This document shows positions 39,334-53,551 of a stretch of DNA of 64,000 nt, one piece after another. Each line of letters begins with the position of its first letter. Position 1 is the stretch's first letter. A program made the position numbers and the translations under genes. This stretch comes from Rotaria socialis (Eukaryota), in NCBI GenBank assembly GCA_905331295.1, contig CAJNYD010000117.1, positions 62,001 to 126,000 of the forward strand. The letters run 5' to 3'. A model generated the notes under the pieces. The model was not told where the DNA came from. It saw nothing but the letters and a program-made list of their open reading frames with translations, and searched no databases.

Positions 39334-39823
39334 TTGAAATAAACAATTTATATTGCAATTTTGACTTGACACTTATTTAGTCACGAGAATTTTTCCGCAT
39401 AATTATGCTCGTAATTTCAGATGTTTTTTTTGATTAATATATAAATTTTTAAGTGGCATAATACATGTCAATGATTTTAAAGAGGGCCTGCAGAATGCCT
39501 AACCAGCAGAATTTAGAATTTTGCTGGGTAGACATTATTGAACTGCTGCATTTTTGTAGAAATCATTTAAATTAACAACAGCATATGATTTTTCTTTCGA
39601 TAGTAGAAAGAAAAAATATTCAATTGTTCCAAAGTAATAATGACGTTGATCAAATGAATATTGTATAAAAAAAAAGTAACTTACAGATTTACCACGTTTA
39701 TTATACATCAATGAATGAAACATTCGGTCTTTAATAATAAAATGTCGATACATGTTAAAACACTTATGTAGTTGTTCACAATCACATAACTGAGCATTAG
39801 AGTCCTGCAGGTTAAGACTTTTT

Positions 39824-39972
39824 TGTACCCTAGTCCTGCCCTATCGTAAAAATTCCTACCCTTGTCCTACCCTGCCCTATGACGTTCTTACCCTAGCCCC
39901 AGCCTGCCCTATAGACTTCGTAACCTTGCCCTACCCTGCCCTAGGGGCTTTGTACCCTTACCCTACCCTATC
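39824..39972. repeat. Imperfect tandem repeat (about 36-nt unit) rich in ccctac/cctgcccta, probably a MITE subterminal array
   Basis: About 4 units of tacccttgccctaccctgcccta. A cctgcag motif occurs at 39487 and 39803. Confidence 0.7.
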
Positions 39973-42476
39973 ACAGAGATTTTTCATTTTACACCCTATC
40001 AGATCCTTAGAGTTTCAGGTCCAAGTAAAAGTCAGCATGAAGTTTTTCTTCATTTTGTTTCAATATATTTTATTGATTTTCAACGAGAATCAAATACAAA
40101 ATTAACTAGATGGTACTCGAGCTTTACTCGACTACGAAATGCGGTGCGAAGCACAGGTTCCAGTATTGAGAACAGAGGCTTCCGCAAATAAAGGGTGTGG
40201 CTGTGGGTGTTATTCTGTCCAAACGCTCATCCACATGCNATATCCATATTATTGGAAGTGTTTTTGCTGTTAGCGTTGTTACTGTTAATGATATTTTAAA
40301 TATTTTAATTTCTTTTCGTGAGCATACTTTTGAAAATATTCAACAAATTAATTTAGTTAAAGATAGAATGAAACAGACTTTAAACGATGCTATTTATTTA
40401 TAAAACATTTTTATTTTAATAAAATCTTCATAAAAAAATTCGCTTTCGAAAAATCTTTAGTGTTTGTGGATTTATTCATTCAATTGAGTATTGTATGGGA
40501 AAAAAAATATTTTAATCGAAAACTTTCTTTCGATATCATCGAGTACTGTACCTAACAATAAATTCTTCATCTATGACATGAATTAATTATCATTCGGAGA
40601 ACCAATCTAATAGTCTTATCAAATGCAACAGGCAATTATTTTATTTTCTAATTGATTAAGTAGCATCCATCTTTGAAAATAAAGCGTTCCGAACAAATGC
40701 TCATAAGTTTTGAAGGAAACAGTATAGAGACGTGTAACTTTCATCGATCGTTAGAGCATAGCAGGACACCAGACCTACACATGAAATTTAGCATAAAATT
40801 TTCATCATATTCTTTTTTTCATAATACTACAATGAGTTTGGATGTTCAAATAGTGAAAGCGATAGCATAGCTCTAGATCTACAAATCTCCATCTAATACA
40901 GTTCAAAAGTTATAGGAATTCACTCAAACCGCCTTATTTCCAAAAATGGATACTAGTAGTCAAATTAATTCATTTTGATGGCAAATCTAAGATGGAATTT
41001 CAATGAAAAATATCTTTATAACACAAGATTGTAGAATAACATAGAAAAAAACATAATTGTTTATTATATTAAAAAGAAAACTAAATGATAAAAAATGTCT
41101 ACTTTTTCCGTTGTTAAACATACTCAACTAAACGAAGACTTGCAACAAGAGGAAACATTTGAATTCAACATAACAGCACTTCGTTTTGAAATTCTTGATT
41201 TCGATTAATACATTAACTTGCATATATAGACGCACTGATACATCATTTTAATGCAAACCTAATATATCGTCTTATTTTTCTAGTATGGACAAGATCTTAA
41301 CCAATGTTTTTAATGAGAATCTGTAATAGAATGTACAGGCAAAACTGGTGACTAGACACAGATTAAAAAAAACTACTTTTAATGGGTTATTTTCTTCCTT
41401 TTTCATTTTAATGAAAGTTCGGTTATAAAAAAAAATCCAGATAAAAAATCATGTTCTTTCCAACTTATTCTTGTTACGTTCACCTTGTGTTTGAGTGCAA
41501 TTTAAGTAAAGAGGGGCATCTCCTATAAATAATATAGATTATAGACCCAACACTTGGATCCGATGTGATGGCAATAGATTGGCGAGCTGGGATATATGTA
41601 TATAGTAGTTCATCCGTTACTGTTGTACCTTGTGTGAAGAGAGGGGCTGTATATATGACAGCAGGAACTCACACCACCGATATAGGACTTCGGGCTGAGC
41701 GAGGTGTCGGAGTCCATGGCCCTGAGATTTCAGTGGAAACATTCGAGCTTGACGAAGAATCACAAACCAATCTACTACTTCTCACATGATTCAATGGATG
41801 ATATCAGTTTTTAACGTTGGAGACATATTTCCAAAAAAAAAGAACTTTATCCACAATAAAATAAATTTGTCTGTATGACAGCGTTGTTGTATATGGGCTA
41901 TTTTCAATATCTTTGTAAGATAGGATCAATCATAACATTTGTTTTCATATTATGTTATGAAATCGAGTTACTGAATACGTCATTTTATCTAAACAAATCA
42001 GTGACTCTGTGTCGACCGACCCGATTAACATCAATGTAATTCTTCTTGCTCAGTATCAACTACGTTCATACTCTTGAATTGATTACATTTTTTTGAAAGC
42101 CTCGAATATTGCTGAATACATAATGTTAAAACAACCAACCGACATAATTCTTACAAGAGCAATCGTATCAGGATCATAAGGTCATTTTCCTTACTCTTCC
42201 TATTATTATTTTTGCATGCATCTGTTCGTTTTCTCATGATATGCAAGTTGGTTGGGGTCTTATATTGCAGTATTTTCCTTCGCTTTTTTACTATGACAAT
42301 ACAAAAATGATGTAGTGACGATACTTTTACGGGAAAATTGTAACAGACCATATGTCAGTTGTTTCATTTTCCCACGATTGGTTTTGTTTTTAAATATAAA
42401 AGTGACTTGATGTATTATATTCTTCATACAAATATTTGAAATGAATTCTCTTCTAATTTTATTGGTTTTAATCAGC

Positions 42477-42823
42477 TCTACTATTGTCTGCAATGCAAAA
42501 TGGACCGATGCAACACAACCTGCTGCTAGTTTATTGACGTCTACCAAACATTAACTCGTTGGGCAAGAACAGGCCGATCAGACACAATCGAAATGACTAT
42601 TGATACGGGTAGTTGCCAATTTGAAAATACTCCCATGTACTTTACAAGTATTTCGGGTGATGCTGATCATTATCTTCTCGTTGGTGTCAATGCTATTTAT
42701 AAAGCAACTAGAAACGGCTTCCTTATTAGCGTTTTCTCATCAAGCGGCGAATCAGCCGATACACTTATGGCGCGGTCAGCTCAATACAATTGGAACGTCA
42801 ATTGGTTCGGAGTTTTACCTTAA
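42477..42823 (+). pseudogene. Terminal exon or fragment encoding an uncharacterised beta-rich (lectin-like?) domain; appears frameshifted
   Basis: IDTGSCQFENTPMYFTSISG..HY...GVNAIY.AT.NGF...WNVNWFG matches a pattern (DTS..F..TP.YFTS..G...HW...G...IY..T..GF...W...W.G) I recall from microbial and rotifer proteins. The upstream part of the exon is not in frame. Confidence 0.45.
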
Positions 42824-43164
42824 AGAAATTTCTAGGCTTTACAGAATGTTCAGTGACTTATTTTTGAATGATTGTCTCTTAATGAAACAGATATTGTTTT
42901 AAAATATATCATTACTTACAAAACTGGCAATCCGAAAATAGTTGTGCATCTTTATGAGTAGCTGAGCTACATCTAAACTGTTGATATTTTTTTCCCGTTC
43001 TTCAATGCTTCTTTGACTGCTGCACATATATATTGCGTGCGTCACTTTTACTGACAAAATACAATTGGCAAGACAAGAAACAAATTGAATCACATGTTAT
43101 TTTTATTCTCTTGACTATTTCACAACCAACAGGAAACGTTTTGTATACTTTTTTTTCTAAAACA

Positions 43165-44219
43165 ATGGCATGTGTGTCTTTTGTTAGCTTGCCTATTGGA
43201 TTACTGCATCGTATTTTCGATTTTTTCTATACTCAAACGATTCTTCTAGCCATTGGTCGCGTCTGCCATCAACTTCATGCTGGTTCAAATAGCTACAATC
43301 GATTGAAACTTACATATGATTCATCATCACAATATAACTTGAAAATAATATCTCGTTATGTTTGTCTAGAAAATATTATTTTATTAACAATCAAAAATGA
43401 AAACATCAATAACAATCGAATCGATAGATTTGTTAACATCGTTGGTACTTGTGAATTTCATCGGCTTTGTTCATTCGCCTTAATTAAGTGCATTTACGAA
43501 CAGTTGGAGAAATTGTTACAGCACATCGATATCGAGTCTCCTATTACACTTTCGATTGACTTACATTCGATATATCATGGTACAACATGAAAGAATCTTT
43601 TACCGTCAGAAATTGATAAATTTCAAATACGAAAACTGCTATTTTATGGTACTTTACATTATACATCTAGAGATATTTTATGGCCAACACATTGCAAATT
43701 CGAACATTTGACTCTGGAAACATGTAGTTTAAGACAATTTATTACGATTGTTCGCCATTGCTCTCATTTACAAACATTTACAATTACAAATTTCCCTGTG
43801 GATTATGATAATAAAGCTCTAATGGTTGCATTGTCGACCGAAACATTTACCACATGTTTGGAGACTTCGATAATTGAGCTGTGTTCATTATCGCTACTAC
43901 AATTGGAATGGTTATTTTTTCACTAACGCCTCTGTTACGACATTTGAAGATCGGCCACGACGGCCGAAAGTTCGATGCTGTGAAAAATGATCATTTTTGG
44001 AAAGAACTGAGCAAAACTAAGTTCTGTGTCCTATATAAATTTGAGTTTTTCTTTGCTTACACAATTCCATATATGAAAATGAAAATTATTTTCCCAGTCT
44101 CTAATCAATAATTACTCCATTTCAAATATTATTTTGGCTCGAAGAGAAACCTTGGTATGTTTCTTGTGATTACGTATTTAAATCGATTTAAGTCGCGTAC
44201 ACTACGACTTTTTACGACA
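43165..44219 (+). pseudogene. F-box/LRR-type pseudogene
   Basis: SLPIGLLHRIFDFFYTQTILLAIGRVCHQL is an F-box pattern, followed by LRR-like segments (CSHLQTFTI, PLLRHLKI). There are stops at 43588 and 43924 plus frameshifts, and the gene is truncated at a MITE. Confidence 0.75.
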
Positions 44220-44536
44220 CCCAGGTCGAGCAATCCGACAGTAGGCACCTATCGGAATCCATCCGATCCGACTGGAATCAAATAGGATTTTATCGGATCC
44301 TGCCGGATCTTACAGAATTATCGTTGGATTCCGGGTCGAGCAATCGATGTCGGATCCTCAGTGTCGGATTCCTATGAATTCCAAGGAAAAATCGTTGTAT
44401 GTCATCGGAAGTTCAAAGGATTCCGACACTGAGGATACGACATCGATTCCTCGACCCGGAATCCAATAGAATTGTATCGGATTGGAGGATATTTCCAGAT
44501 TTCTATCGGATCCGATGTCGGATCAGTCGACCTGGG
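44220..44536. mobile_element. MITE with 10-bp TIR and internal atcgga/tccgat repeats
   Basis: Termini cccaggtcga ... tcgacctggg. There is an internal inverted segment gtgtcggattcc / ggattccgacac. Confidence 0.8.
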
Positions 44537-47031
44537 AAGGGAAAGCAGCGATTGATAAAGAATCAATGTCGGATCCACTGGACGAAAATCCAAATAAAAT
44601 CATTCCATTCGATATGGATGATTTAAGACAATGGCAAGAAAAAAATAAGATAGTACAACAGCAGCTATATCAAAGGAAATGTTATTTGGTCTCTTACTAT
44701 TAGTTTTTGTCGAACCTATTTTTGAAGAGCGTTTTGAACGTGACGTAGAAGCTTCAGGAGATAATGGGCGACCACGTGTATCTAGTCCACTATCAGTGTA
44801 AGTATCGAAATCATCTTGATCATCATCACCATCAACAATATAACTTTGCAAATGATGATGATTCTGAGATGTTGTGGCTAATGAGGCTGAATAACACCAG
44901 TCATTTGTGGTGCAGAAGATTGAGATGAATCATCACTTGAACCACCTGCAAAGCGACCACTTATCACAGCTGAATTTTCAATCGTTAAAATAATTTAATT
45001 ATCAGTATCTGACATGCCTATACTAAGAAATAATTAGTTTGAATTTCGTATACCAAGGCCACCACCTGGTACAATAATTCAAGTTCGTTGTCGATGGTGG
45101 ATGTGGTCTTCTTTTAAACCACGTTTCAGGTACATAGGTCGATACTTGATCATGTCGAAATGGGCATTGGATAATGCATTTGCACATAAGTAAGTTTAGA
45201 TCCGAGTGCACGTAAAACACGGCATGATAGTAATGAGCTCGAACTTCGAACTGTCAATGTTCATAAACCAATCATAACTTCGATTTGAAATCCCTGATAA
45301 ATATCGCTGTTTTCTTCTCTATGTATAACTTGAAAATCAAATAAATAAACGAACAGAATCGAAGGGAGGTTTTCGACAATCTTTTGTTCCACTTTTTTTT
45401 TCAAATCCTTCGATCAGTTTACATTGATCTTATCTCAAACGTAGAAGAATGGTTATTTACAGTATCAAAGACTTGATGGGTCTCTGTACGGATTATGCAC
45501 TTGATGCACAAATCCAAAAGATCCTTTTTTCATTCGATTTATGGATTCCAAAAGCAGCTCGGGTATGATGATTGACTCTTTTTGTTCTTCTATTTAAATT
45601 AAAAACAAATCGTTTTTAGGAAGTACATATTGATAATGTGGCACAGCAGCGACATGCCACAGCTGCTTTCACTGGGTTTTGTCGAGCTCGGTTAGTTATT
45701 TTGATTCGGCAAATTACTGACACACTTCACTTCTTTTTTTTCGTTCTATAGATCCCCAACAGGAAATGACAGCACAAATAATAGTAATAATATCACTAAT
45801 CGATTACGTCGTCCATTTGCATTACGATCCATGTCGGCAGAAGTTTTTCGTAGCTCCATTGACACGGCTATTCGCGTATAACAAGTACGAATGAGTTACG
45901 AGACTCAAATAGAACTAGTACAGCATCAATAAATATATTGCTAATAAAAAAGTCAAGTAATGATCAAAATGTTGATGATGGCTGATCGACAGGACAATCG
46001 CAAGTTAAACTAATGCCAATTTTGGAAAGTGCTGAAAGTGAAGATAAAATAATGATGACTACAACCACTCTTGATTGGACACCAGCAGAGTAAAAAATAC
46101 ATTCTTTTTTACATAAATCTATGAACTTCATTCATCTCTTAAAACAGCTCTCTGTGAAAATGATGCAATGGCAACAAATGTTAGTAAAACGAATAGTAAC
46201 AGTGATCGTATTACATTACGTAAGAGTGTGAGTGTTATGAATAAAAAACAAAGGACTGGCAGTGGTCGTTCATTAATACGTGCTAAATCAGATATGACTG
46301 GTACTGATGGAAAGTAAATAAACTACATTCGAATTTTTAATGATGAATCTGAAATTACATATGATTTCATTGTAGTCGAAAACGTACTTTAACACAAATC
46401 GTTCGAAATTCGGAGCGTTACTTTAGTGATGACCCAAAAACAATTGCTGACATTGAAGAACTCGAGCTCGAATATCTATTCAAGTAAATATCTCGATAAA
46501 TAAAATGTTGTGACTTCTCATTTTTTCCCAACGACATATTTGCTGCGAATCCTACTCGACTTATCTACATTACGTCAACGTACCAAGGAAATTTTCAAAG
46601 GCAAAATGTCGGATTCATACGCGAATTATCTTACAAAATATCCGTTAAAGTAAAATAAGTTTTGTTTTTTTTTGGTGAAAACTAAGTTCTTTGCCTATAC
46701 ATAAATAGAAAACAACACCAAATAAATATCGAAAATGTTCTCGACGTTGTTTTGATGGGCAATTACGGACATGGCGTCGTCGTTTACATCAATTCGATGA
46801 AGAAAGTAAACAAGATACAACAGATCCCAGTGAAATCGATGATCTAATTATATAAACAAGGGGCATTCCTAATCAATTGATCTATTTTTTTTCATATGTG
46901 ATCTTTTCTTATTCAACAAGTCAGAGATTAACATTTGTTGATATGCAGTGATGCCTTCTGTTTTCTTTCGTCATCACTCTATATATGATGGATTTTTTTC
47001 TTATCTAAGACAAATACAAACGATTCGTAGG

Positions 47032-47556
47032 TTTTTTGTGTACTCAAAAAGTGAGTACACTCTAGAATCGGTCAGCGTGTCCGTCCGGCCGTAGGCACGA
47101 TAACTTGCGAAAGGAGAGTCAGAACGTGATGAAATTTTCCACACAGTTCAATCTCATGAATATCTCGGTCGAGTTCAAAGATGAGAAGAATCCCTCAAGA
47201 AATGGTTGAGTTATCGAAAAAATTGTCACTTTTGATCAGACCATCCCTGAGGGGGAGTACAGGAATTTTTTTTCAAAAACCAAATTTTTCTCAGAATTAT
47301 TCACAACATATATAAATCGACTCAGTTTTTAACGCTGATTCCGAATCTGATATTAGTTTTGAACTAAACCGTAGCTTTCTGATGAAACATCGCCTGAAAA
47401 ACGTCTCAAAATGCACAAAAACTGCATCCAGAAATCAAATTGCCTAGTTTCTCATGATAATTTTGGTGTTCAGACATTCTAGAATGACTCATATATCCCA
47501 TGCACTTTTTGCAGTACACATAACTTTCGGATGAAATCCGAAGTTTCCACATTTAT
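47032..47556 (+). mobile_element. DINE-1/HINE-like non-autonomous Helentron element, copy 1
   Basis: 5' hairpin gtactcaaaaagtgagtac, a gtcc microsatellite, 3' sub-TIR ctttttgcagtacaca and stem-loop tcggatgaaatccga. The flanks are T-rich, and the sequence is highly similar to 63004-63525. Confidence 0.8.
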
Positions 47557-48450
47557 TTTAATCTAATAGTGATGACACTGATGTGTTTATTTTTTCAAAT
47601 TTGAAAATCATAATGAAAGTATTTGAATCAAATCAGCATAGTAACAATAAAAGTTCACTTCTATACTAATGTAATGTTAACCGATACTCAACTATTAAGA
47701 TAGATGATATTGATTTGTAAGGCGTATTCACATGTGATGTACGACGTCTGTGAGAGAACAAAGGTGTGAATGAAAGTGACACTAACATCGGCACTCCGCC
47801 CATCACTTAAGATGCTTGAAATGATGAATAATTGCAAGAGAATTTTAAAAATCTATAGATCACCATAATGCGAGACTTTCATATTTGTTTTATCTGTTGT
47901 CTAATGACATATAAATTCTTGTGTCATCATTAGCGATAATGTAAGTGCGTCTAGTCTACAATTGATTGCGTCATTGATCACGAAATATGGTGAAAAAAAG
48001 AATTTTCTATTCATCAAAAAACAAAACATAGAATACAATTGAATTCACTTTTTTTTATTATCTTATAGTTTTTCAGTTTTTTTTGTCTCTCGCGCATTCT
48101 TAGTCTATTACTAATTACTAGTGCAGACTGATAGAACAGGGATCATCTGTTACTTTTATACCTCATTACACGATCTCTAAATAAACTAATCCGAGTTGGC
48201 TGTCGCATGAGTTTGTTCGTTACGTTCTTGTCCCGACGTATGTAAGTATACTTGTATTGTTCATACACATATTGTAAACAGAAATATTCATCCACTAAAA
48301 CATTAGTGAGTCTTATAGAAGTGCATGTCATTTGATCTGAACGTGTGTAATGTTGTTCTGTCTCCCTCCTGTCGAACAATAACTCGATGATGGTAATAAA
48401 TGTCTGCTATCGATGACGATGATTGATCATATCATCTTGAAAGTCATATT

Positions 48451-49921
48451 ATGAATGCAGTATCAATTTGGTGGCTACTTATTGTAGTCAATAAAATTAT
48501 CTCTCCTGCCAATGCTAATTGGATTACAGGAAATCTTTGCTGGTCAATGCCATGTCTGAATGGCGGTTCATGTTTTGGATCAGCATATACATATCTTTGC
48601 ATATGTCCTATTCATTATAGTGGAGCGTTATGTGAAAAACGTCTAGGTATAGATTTTTTTGTTTATTGCTATTTTTGTTTTTGAAATTCTATTCGTATAT
48701 GTTAGGTATTTGCCAAGAAAATCCATGTGGAAATCGTGGTTCATGTATTGAAACAAGTCTAACATCGTTTGAGTGTCGATGTTATTATGATTATATGGGT
48801 TCAACATGTGAACAGCATGTACCGAAACATACTCGTAATATATGGTCATGTAAGTAAAAAAAGTAGCGAATGAATTCTTTTAATTTTATTAATACTCTAT
48901 TTATTAAATCATTATAGCACTTATACCTTCGCATACAAGAGTTTTATTTAATATGTTAAAAGATGCGTATTTTTCCAAAATAAAACAAAAATCAACAATT
49001 AGTTCAGAAACTGATCAGATAGATTTTATTGGTTTATTAGCGAAAAATGATTCCGTTGATTCTACATCTATACCAACAACAGAAGAGATTGATTTTACAA
49101 CTGAACAAAATCAATTAATCGAATCAGAACATGTTATTCCAGCAAATGAAATTCAACTTGAAAAAATCTTCCCTAATCTAAATACTCGATCCAAATCAAA
49201 CATGAATACCAATGAAAATTTTCCATTTCATAACCCAACTAAATTCGTAATAGATATGACTTCTACTCCTATAATCGAAAATCATTTGGTAACAACAGAA
49301 ATCGAACAAATTCAAACTACAAATGAAAACTTTCTTCAAGAAACAACAACATCTCCAATAATAAGTTCAACATCGATTCTATCGCTAAATGATAGTATTA
49401 CCGCCGATGATTTAACCACAGAAAATGTATTTGAACAAACAAATAATACCACTGAACCTATTTATATGACTACAACGGCAACAATAGATTCAACTGTGAA
49501 TATCTATAACACAATGGATGATAATGATTCATCTATTATCAATACATCTGAACCACCATCAACGACCCGTACAACTACGATCTCTCAAAATGCACATAGT
49601 CAATTGCTTTATAATCTTTGTCGAAAAATTCTATCCCAACTTTCACCTAATGCATCATCATCTGCTGTCGCTGCTGAAATTAATAAAACTTTATTATCGT
49701 ATTCATCACCTATAAATAATGATACGGCTGACAAATTGGCCCACTTGTTGAATCAATATCTTACTTCATCGACAACTACTACTACAAGTATACCATCGAC
49801 TGTAGCACCAATAATAATCAATGGCATGCGACCATCGCCAATGATATTACGACGAATCGAAATGGATGATGCACTAGATAATATGAATAATAACGACATT
49901 AATAGTGAAGATTCATTATAA
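48451..49921 (+). CDS. Secreted protein with two EGF-like domains and a Thr/Ser-rich mucin-like tail. Exons: 48451-48646, 48706-48849, 48918-49921
   Basis: Signal peptide, then CWSMPCLNGGSC...CICPIHYSGALCE and CQENPCGNRGSC...CRCYYDYMGSTCE. The splices are in phase. Confidence 0.88.
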
Positions 49922-50297
49922 TCGTATACATTTTATTAAAAATTATCATTCGTAGAGAACAGTTTATTTAATTAAAGTTTATCTCTCTTTTCTTTTCATA
50001 TACACTTTTGTTCAATTAATAAATTTTATTCACTTGTCTATTAAAAAATAGAAAAAGAAGCAGGCTTTTTCGACATGCATGAATCAATATGTTCCCGTTC
50101 GGGCAAACAAACATGACATCCTTGACATACTGACAAATAATGCTAAGAGAACATGTCGTCTTTCGCATGTCATACAAAAGATAAAATACGTATAGAAATG
50201 AAAGAATGATCGTGTCGAGGATTAAAGGCTGACGCGAACATTATGTCATGATTAAATGTTCTATAGCAGAGCTCCGTGTGGGACGGGATGGGACGAA

Positions 50298-50622
50298 CAT
50301 TTTTAGAAAATTTTAAGCAGACAAGAAAGAATCAAAATCTCTTCCGATATGATTCTATGATATGCTTACTATCTCTATCCAATAAAATTAAGATCGTTGT
50401 CTTAGATGACTTTTAAAAGCTGATATTTTCATTTTTTTAAAATATTTTTGGTAAATTGAACAACATATACTGAATATGTCTTAAAATATGAGAATAAAAT
50501 TTGAAAGCGGTCACTTCCGTCAATAAATATAATTTTAATGGATAAAGATAGTAAGCATATAATAGAATCACATCGAAAGAGACTTCGATTTTTTCTTGTC
50601 TGCTTAAAATTTTCTAAAAATG
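50298..50622. repeat. Imperfect inverted repeat (about 93-bp arms), MITE-like
   Basis: catttttagaaaattttaagcagacaagaaa...aaaatta is mirrored by taatttta...tttcttgtctgcttaaaattttctaaaaatg. Confidence 0.8.
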
Positions 50623-52360
50623 TGTGCAGCGCGACCATAGTTTTTTGCTCACGGCCACGATCACGATGACGTAGATTTTGTTAAAACTAGTCATAGGCGA
50701 GTGGTAACAGCATTTTATTTTCATATTTTACTGATATTATGCATGTTCTTTCAGCGAACTCTACCTGTAAGTTCAAATGGCAAAGCTCTCACGCAGCTGA
50801 TGATGGCAGTGCTTTAATTCAGGTTTAGGGACAAAGAAGCCTAATACGTAACCTCACATCTACTAACCGAGAGCTGTTTTCTCGTTTTTCTATTGTCTTA
50901 TCGAAAATATCGGATCATTCCATCATTTTTTAGTTCGTTGCTTTTTTTCACGCTCAATTTGTCAATAAAATTCTTATAAAACTGCCATATCAATAAATCA
51001 GCAAATATTCCTTTTTTTTTCCATAAAGATGTTCTATAGAAGCCTAGGCATTTCTCACGAAAAATTATGCCTTAAGAGAAACTACTGTACTTTTCAAATA
51101 ATTATTTAATCATTCATCTTTTGATAGAGAAACGTCGTATTAAATGGCTTTTTGGTAGAGTAGGCGCATGTAGGTAGAATACAAATAAGTCGTAGTAAAT
51201 ACCTGACTGTACATCCGTTGCATTTAATAATGCAAAGAAACAGAAAGAATTACATAAAAAATGATTTAAACAACAATCACTACAATATAAAAAGACTGCG
51301 ACGAACTAAATTATGAATGTAAAGATGAATGTCAATTATACATTTATTTTCAAAAGTAACTATGGCCTAACCAGGTTATCCGATCAATCAATACCGAGAA
51401 AAAAATCCCAGCTGGTGAATGACTGAACCTTTTTTTTTCAATATAGATTATCCTAATTGGCAACAAAATTTTCTATCAAAAAATGGTCAGCAGTCTCCAT
51501 TTAAGCGCCTAGTTTTTATTTCGTAAAACTAAATGGTAAATGAACATTTTCTCTCGGATGAAATAATCAAAAACAAAATTCTATAAACCATTTTTCTCAA
51601 CCGAAAACGAAATCGATAATATGAAATTTTTACTTCATTGAACTATTCGATATATGATAATAAAACTCTTAGAAGAATAATACTGCTGATATATTTTGAA
51701 AGACTTGATTCACTTATTTATATTTTAGAACGAGCATGACGTGGTTGGGGAGCGGATGACAATAATCACTGTTTGAAATTCTCATTTTTTAATTTCTGCA
51801 ACGCATAGCAGTTCCATCTCTTTCTTCCTTATTCATAACTGGAATAGCTATTGCAAAAACAATTGGGAAAAAGTAAAATAAATCGAATTTTAATAACAAA
51901 TCATACATTCGAGAAGGATCTTTTGGAATAAAAATGTATGAACGATTTCGAAACACTTCATCTTTGAAGAATGCACACTTTTGAAAATTCGAAAAGATGT
52001 TCACGTTTATTTTAGACGTATAAATGCACATCCGTTTTTATTTTTGGGATACACTGAAAATTCCTAGTGAACGTAACACTATAGAAGCAATGAGTTCGAT
52101 TGCTTTCATATGTTTTGTGTTATTCAAAACATAAAACGAAACATGTCTTTTATGAAGAAACAATCCATTAGAAAAAAAAAGTAAAACATCAAAATACATC
52201 ATATTAAGGTCATATGTGTTATATATATATATACATCTAGAGTCAAATCGTTGTTTAATAGTACCTTGAATCTATTTAAAATGAGCGTGGGTGAGACTTT
52301 CTCGGCATCACTCGATTCTTTTTTTTTCAAGCTTTCAAGAATAATTATTTCTTTTTGCTT

Positions 52361-53551
52361 ATGAGTCGATACTATTCAAATTCGGATGATGTACATTATG
52401 CTTCTCGCCAACGATCGGATGGTTTGCAAGCATCTGGTTGGCAATCACCATTACCAACGAATCATGTCATACCGATATCATCAGTAATACGTCTTGTTAT
52501 TGACTGTCCGTTTGGGTCAAAAAAATGTGATTACTCAATTGATAAATCGCAACAAGGTCGATTAATTGTTACTGCACGTCGTCGACATACATGTAAATCT
52601 GATGACTTTTCTGCAAGTAATAAGGATAATAATATGGCTGTTCAAACATTTACAATTCCACCTGACGCTGATGTTGATCATTTAGAGTCTCATGTAGAAC
52701 GTTACACAAACTGTTTAATAATACAAATTCCTCGTTTGTCTTCATCATATATGAACACAAGTCCAATTTCGACTCCATTAATTCGTCCGCCTGATTATTT
52801 GTTACCAACAACTGCGAGTACTACTTCTCAAGTAATACTTGGCGACAGTCAATTGCATAGAAATTATTATGACAATAATCGAAAACTTGAATATTTAATT
52901 GATTGTAATGGTTATACAGCAGATGAACTTGACGTATTTATTCAAGATTATGATTTAATGGTGCAAGGTAGAACTAGACGAGCAACATCACCGGTTCCAA
53001 TACAAAGAATTCTATCAAAAGAATTTTCGCGCAAAATTTCATTACCAACTACAGTTGATTTGACAAAAGTTATATCGTATTTTGAAAACGGTCAATTACG
53101 AGTTGAAGCACCAATTAAACGTGAAATTTATTATCGTGATAATGCTATACTTTCGCCTGAATCATTATCAACTGTAAAATACAGTCCGGTTCAATCACCA
53201 ATACCAGGTACTCATCAACGTCATTATCGACGGCAGGAACGTGTTAGTCGTCATCGAGAATATGATCGTGGTAATAATGTTCGATCACTGAGTCCTGTGC
53301 AACGAACATATTCAACTGAAGGTTTTGACTATCCTGTGTATAGATCGACGAGAGATCTTGATATGGGCGATGATCTAAGACGAAGTCGTCATCAAGGAAT
53401 GTACAAGTACGAACGGTATGCTAGCAATGGCGATGGTGCAAAACTACAGCCCATATTAACATCTGTTTATTCACCAAGACAAGAGGTTGCTCGCGCTAGA
53501 ACAACACATCATTACTATCCGATGGATGAAGATATGCATTTTATGTACTAA
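52361..53551 (+). CDS. Small heat-shock protein with two alpha-crystallin (HSP20) domains
   Basis: Domain 1 contains QTFTIPPDADVDHLES...LIIQIP. Domain 2 contains IDCNGYTADELDVFI...KEFSRKISLPTTVDLTKVISYFENGQLRVEAP. The exact start is uncertain. Confidence 0.85.
   Translation: MSRYYSNSDDVHYASRQRSDGLQASGWQSPLPTNHVIPISSVIRLVIDCPFGSKKCDYSIDKSQQGRLIVTARRRHTCKSDDFSASNKDNNMAVQTFTIPPDADVDHLESHVERYTNCLIIQIPRLSSSYMNTSPISTPLIRPPDYLLPTTASTTSQVILGDSQLHRNYYDNNRKLEYLIDCNGYTADELDVFIQDYDLMVQGRTRRATSPVPIQRILSKEFSRKISLPTTVDLTKVISYFENGQLRVEAPIKREIYYRDNAILSPESLSTVKYSPVQSPIPGTHQRHYRRQERVSRHREYDRGNNVRSLSPVQRTYSTEGFDYPVYRSTRDLDMGDDLRRSRHQGMYKYERYASNGDGAKLQPILTSVYSPRQEVARARTTHHYYPMDEDMHFMY

Noticed and set aside
41565..41789. 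74-aa ORF in a slightly GC-richer patch
   Set aside because: No recognisable motif, a non-ATG track start and no convincing splice partners.
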